Below are positions 52,727 through 56,063 of a DNA stretch of 56,063 nt, piece by piece. The notes under the pieces were generated by a model. It searched no databases and had not been told where the DNA came from. It was given only the letters and a program-made list of their open reading frames with translations. The DNA is taken from assembly GCA_037442105.1 (NCBI GenBank), contig JBBIQV010000016.1:1-56063 (forward strand), read 5' to 3'. The position numbers and the translations under genes were made by a program. Position 1 is the first letter of the stretch. Every line of letters begins with the position of its first letter. This DNA comes from Nitrospiraceae bacterium (GTDB lineage Bacteria > Nitrospirota > Nitrospiria > Nitrospirales > Nitrospiraceae).

Positions 52727-53055
52727 AGCGGACGGCTCCGGCGCGGGGCGATGTCTACTTGATAGATCTAGACCCGACGCGCGGAAGCGAGATCCGCAAG
52801 ACACGGCCTTGCGTGATCATCTCCCCAGATGAGTTAAACCAGCATCTTCGAACCGTTATCGTTGCGCCGATGACGACCGGAGGGCAGGCATATCCCTGGC
52901 GCGTTCGGTGCCGCTTTCGTGGCCAGGTTGGATTCGTGGCAATTGATCAGCTTCGCACTGTGGATACCGAACGCCTGGTAAGACGGCTTGGACGGCTGGC
53001 TTCCGGCACCTTCACATCGGTGCTCGCCGTGTTGCAGGAGATGTTCACACCGTAG
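52717..53055 (+). CDS. mazF: PemK/MazF-family endoribonuclease toxin
   Basis: RGDVY..DLDPTRGSEIRKTRPCVIIS, VAPMTT, DQLRTVD.ERL. Confidence 0.94.
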   Translation: MAVERTAPARGDVYLIDLDPTRGSEIRKTRPCVIISPDELNQHLRTVIVAPMTTGGQAYPWRVRCRFRGQVGFVAIDQLRTVDTERLVRRLGRLASGTFTSVLAVLQEMFTP

Positions 53056-53256
53056 CCCCAGACGAGCAATCGGGTCTTGTAATCATACAAAGGGTCAAAC
53101 ACAGCCGAGACGACCGGGCACGGGTGAACAGCCACGCTCGAATGTGTGATTGCAAGACCCCATCTAGTGGGTGGTTGCTGACCGAGAGGGGACCGATCTC
53201 CCTACTCATCGTGCAAGGGGTTGATTGATTCACCTGGAAGGTGTACATGTAACCGC

Positions 53257-53538
53257 GTGATTCGGCGGGTGGAGTTACGCACGTTGGCGCGGAAACAGTT
53301 GAGGAAGTTGCCTCGACATATCGTTGAGAACTTGGCCGGCTGGGTGGATGACGTCGAGACCCGTGGGCTGGAGGCAGTCCGGAAGATTCCTGGCTATCAT
53401 GATGAGCCCCTGCACGGGGATCGGCAAGGCCAGCGGGCCATCCGGCTCAGCCGGGCCTATCGGGCTCTGTATGTGGTGAAAGAGGACGAAGTGGGACCGT
53501 TCCTGTGGATCGAGGAGGTGTCGAAACATGCCTACTAA
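53257..53538 (+). CDS. RelE/HigB-like mRNA interferase toxin
   Basis: PGYHDEPLHGDRQGQRAIRLSRAYRALY; toxin-first arrangement; palindrome CACCT-GGA-AGGTG (53231-53243) upstream. Confidence 0.85.
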   Translation: MIRRVELRTLARKQLRKLPRHIVENLAGWVDDVETRGLEAVRKIPGYHDEPLHGDRQGQRAIRLSRAYRALYVVKEDEVGPFLWIEEVSKHAY

Positions 53539-53869
53539 ATTGCGCAGGCATCATGCCGGGATTCGGAAGAAAAGCCCAACCCTGAAGTTCTTGGAAGAGA
53601 CGGCGGGCCGGCCCTTCACCCTGGGAGGGCTCCTCGAGTCGATTCGCTTGGGCGACGAATTGTCCCAGGCCGCCTTCGCCAAAAAGCTGGGGATCTCTTC
53701 CTCCCATCTCTGTGACATCGAGAAGGGCCGCAAGGTCGTCGGGCCGGAGCGTGCGGCGCGGTTCGCCGCGATCCTGGGCCGATCGCCTGAACAGTTCGTG
53801 CGGCTTTCCCTTCAAGAATTGGTCGAGGGAGCCGGCCTCAACCTGAAGGTCACCGTGGGCGCGGCCTGA
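53528..53869 (+). CDS. HigA-like XRE HTH antitoxin
   Basis: LSQAAFAKKLGISSSHLCDIEKGR; overlaps toxin 3' end. Confidence 0.88.
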   Translation: MPTKLRRHHAGIRKKSPTLKFLEETAGRPFTLGGLLESIRLGDELSQAAFAKKLGISSSHLCDIEKGRKVVGPERAARFAAILGRSPEQFVRLSLQELVEGAGLNLKVTVGAA

Positions 53870-53950
53870 TCGGCAAGGGAGACCGGCACCCACCAAAACT
53901 TTGGCGAAAGCGGGGGCCTGTCCCCGCATCACGGAGTGCGGAAATTGAGC

Positions 53951-54082
53951 GGAAATTGGGGTCAGAGAACAATTTCTATGACAACAGGCCGGCAGCAGAG
54001 TCGGGAGACGGCTCAAAGGGGAAGCGCGAGGAGGCTCGAAAAGGGCAGATCGCTCAGAAATCGGACTCTGACCCCAATTCCC
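53951..54082. repeat. 17-bp inverted repeat pair (REP/MITE-like)
   Basis: GGAAATTGGGGTCAGAG (53951-53967) / CTCTGACCCCAATTCCC (54066-54082), 16/17 match. Confidence 0.6.
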
Positions 54083-54167
54083 AGGTCGGTACTCGGCGAG
54101 TGTCTGCTGCTCAAGAAGGAGCAGCCGGCGTGGACCGAGCACGCGAACTGGTGCGAGGAGTTTCAGC

Positions 54168-55486
54168 TTGATTAAGGAACAGTTTCCAGTAACTCGGAAC
54201 ATCCGGTTGGCTCTATCCGTCGGCGTGGTGTTGGCTACAATGTCGCTGTATGCCGAAGGAGTGCTGAAAAATGGATTGATCGAGATTGTGTTGTTGATAC
54301 CACTTGCCTGGTATTGGCTTCGTCCATCCAGCGGAGCGTGGTTGTCCAGCGCTCTAGTTTCGTACATCGCGGCATGTTTCACCCTTTCCGCTGTCGACAT
54401 TCTCCTACGTCCGATATATGGCCCGTTGGTTCACGCCACCCCTCTTAACATAGCGTCGCGTAAGCTTCCGCAATTGCCGATTGTGGGGCGTTGGGATCCC
54501 TATCTGAGTCTGAAAATGGAAAGCTATGGGGATCTGGCGGCTATGGCGGGAGACCTCTCATTCCGTGAACCGAGGCGGGTTGTGTTTCGCACCGATGGAG
54601 CAGGTTTCAGAAATGAAAGGGAAAGCGGTCCATTTGATGTCGTGGTACTAGGGGATTCTTTTCCCGCCGGGGGCGGGACCACACAGGATAGGGTATATTC
54701 AAGCCTCCTAGAACAACACTACGGTCTGCGCACCTATAATCTTTCCTACCCCGGAGGCCCATACGACCAGTATGTTAATTTTGCAATCGAAGGCCCCAGA
54801 CTCTCGCTTGCGCCCAATGCTCACCTTGTATGGTCGTTTTTCACTGGCAATGATCTCGACGATGCCGAAGGGCAAGAGTGGGAATTGACCGTTTACCGTG
54901 GCGTAGCGGATTGAGCGCATGGCTTGTAAGGCATCGAACATATCGGAACCGGTCTCCGTTAAATCAATGGATGGAAATATTGCGAAATAAGTTCAAGAAA
55001 ATTGATTACGGGATCCAAATGCGTCGACTGCAGAACGGACAACCTATGCTGTTTTTGTCAAGCCATGAGGTCTGGGGGACGAGGTCACGCATAGAAGTGG
55101 AACAATCCCACAAATTTCCACAGCTCGAGCGTACCATGGCATCAATGCAAAGGGTGGCGCATATTCGCAAGGTTGACCTGATAATTCTGATTTTGCCAAC
55201 TAAAGGGGAGGTGTATCGCTGGATTTTGGAGCAGCGGAGTCCTAAGCCTGAAGATGCTGAGTCTTCGGGTTTCGCTCAGGCTATCTTGGGTATATGTAAA
55301 CGACTCAACATGACGTGTCTGGATACAAAGCCCTACCTCGTCAAGGAAGCTTGGCGACAGTACCAGTCTTCCGGCCGGTTGCTCTGGTGGCGGGACGACA
55401 CGCATTTTGGTGAGGGAGCGCATGAAGCTGTCGCAGCATTCATTGCAAAGGAAGTCTTGGGTATGGGAAAAAGTGGGTGTAGATAG
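54168..55486 (+). pseudogene. AlgX/AlgJ-like SGNH hydrolase-fold protein, frameshifted near 54883
   Basis: ORF1 has TD..GFRN, VLGDSF, FTGNDL; ORF2 has ILPTK, WWRDDTHF (DxH); frames join at TGGGAATTGAC. Confidence 0.75.
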
Positions 55487-56063
55487 CACATCATCTGTCC
55501 GGTTTTTGTAACACGTGATCTGTCCGGTTTACCGGTGCGCCCTCAAGGAGGGCCATCATGACACGGGCGACCGTCCTACAGGAGGTGCGACAGATGCGAT
55601 TTGAGGAGCTGTATGCGCGACGACAACGGCGGGAACTGACGATGGCGGAGGCCGCCGAGATGCTGGGGGTCACGGAGCGGACGTTTCGCCGCTGGCGGGA
55701 CCGCTATGAAACCGAGGGGGCGGCGGGGTTGCAGGATCGGCGGATCGGCCGGGTCTCGGCCTGCGCGGTGCCGGTCGATGAAGCGCTGCAGATGGTGACG
55801 CTCTATGAGACCCGCTACACGGGCTGGACGGTGAAGCATTTCCACGAGCGGTGGCAAGCCGAGCATGGCGGGAGGCGGTCCTATACCTGGACGAAGAAGA
55901 CCTTGCAGGCCGCGGGGCACGTGGCCCGGGCTCCCCGACGCGGGGCGCACCGCAAGAAACGGCCCCGCAAACCGTTGCCGGGCATGCTGCTCCATCAAGA
56001 CGGCTCGACCCATGAGTGGGTGCCCGGCTGTCAGTGGGATGTGATTGTGACGCTAGATGATGC
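55478..56063 (+). mobile_element. ISNCY/IS1202-like insertion sequence, left end (partial)
   Basis: Proposed TGT terminus at 55478; subterminal direct repeats ATCTGTCCGGTTT at 55493-55505 and 55518-55530; transposase follows. Confidence 0.78.
55558..56063 (+). CDS. DDE (rve-type) transposase with N-terminal HTH, 3' end outside window
   Basis: AAGGAGG SD; MTRATVLQEVRQMRFEE...AAEMLGVTERTFRRWRDRY...GLQDRR...PGMLLHQDGSTHEW...IVTLDD. Confidence 0.9.
   Translation, partial: MTRATVLQEVRQMRFEELYARRQRRELTMAEAAEMLGVTERTFRRWRDRYETEGAAGLQDRRIGRVSACAVPVDEALQMVTLYETRYTGWTVKHFHERWQAEHGGRRSYTWTKKTLQAAGHVARAPRRGAHRKKRPRKPLPGMLLHQDGSTHEWVPGCQWDVIVTLDD

Noticed and set aside
53447..54400. 317-aa minus-strand ORF
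   Set aside because: Crosses higA, the repeats and the SGNH gene in antisense; no coherent domain
55445..55477. dif/Xer-like target next to the IS end
   Set aside because: Only a weak resemblance to a XerD arm and no paired XerC arm

Overview
GC-rich bacterial chromosome segment. Gene content and order (uppS-cdsA-dxr-rseP-proS; lepA-lepB-hldA-kdsB-pyrG-kdsA-kdsD-pgsA-plsY; hpnD-hpnE; tldD-pmbA; gcvH-lpdA; ndk) suggest Nitrospira/Nitrospirota, but this is an inference. About 8.7-50 kb is mostly housekeeping. The left end holds a truncated secreted S8 protease preceded by a stand-alone prodomain lipoprotein, a sigma54-type promoter with a secreted protein plus Ser/Thr kinase-PP2C-FHA module, and a MITE. 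The right end (50-56 kb) is accessory: three type II toxin-antitoxin pairs, an internally deleted PKD-like gene, a frameshifted SGNH/AlgX-like gene and the left end of an ISNCY/IS1202-like element. Most notable unexplained signals: (1) a three-copy structured intergenic element whose ~48-nt core shows compensatory base changes and sits inside long, copy-specific stems; (2) a 62-aa ORF that apparently starts at ATC behind a strong Shine-Dalgarno; (3) the free subtilase-prodomain lipoprotein; (4) a motif-degenerate MlaF-like ATPase in an MlaE/MlaD/TPR operon. I saw no tRNA, rRNA or CRISPR array. All product calls come from motif recognition by eye, not database searches.
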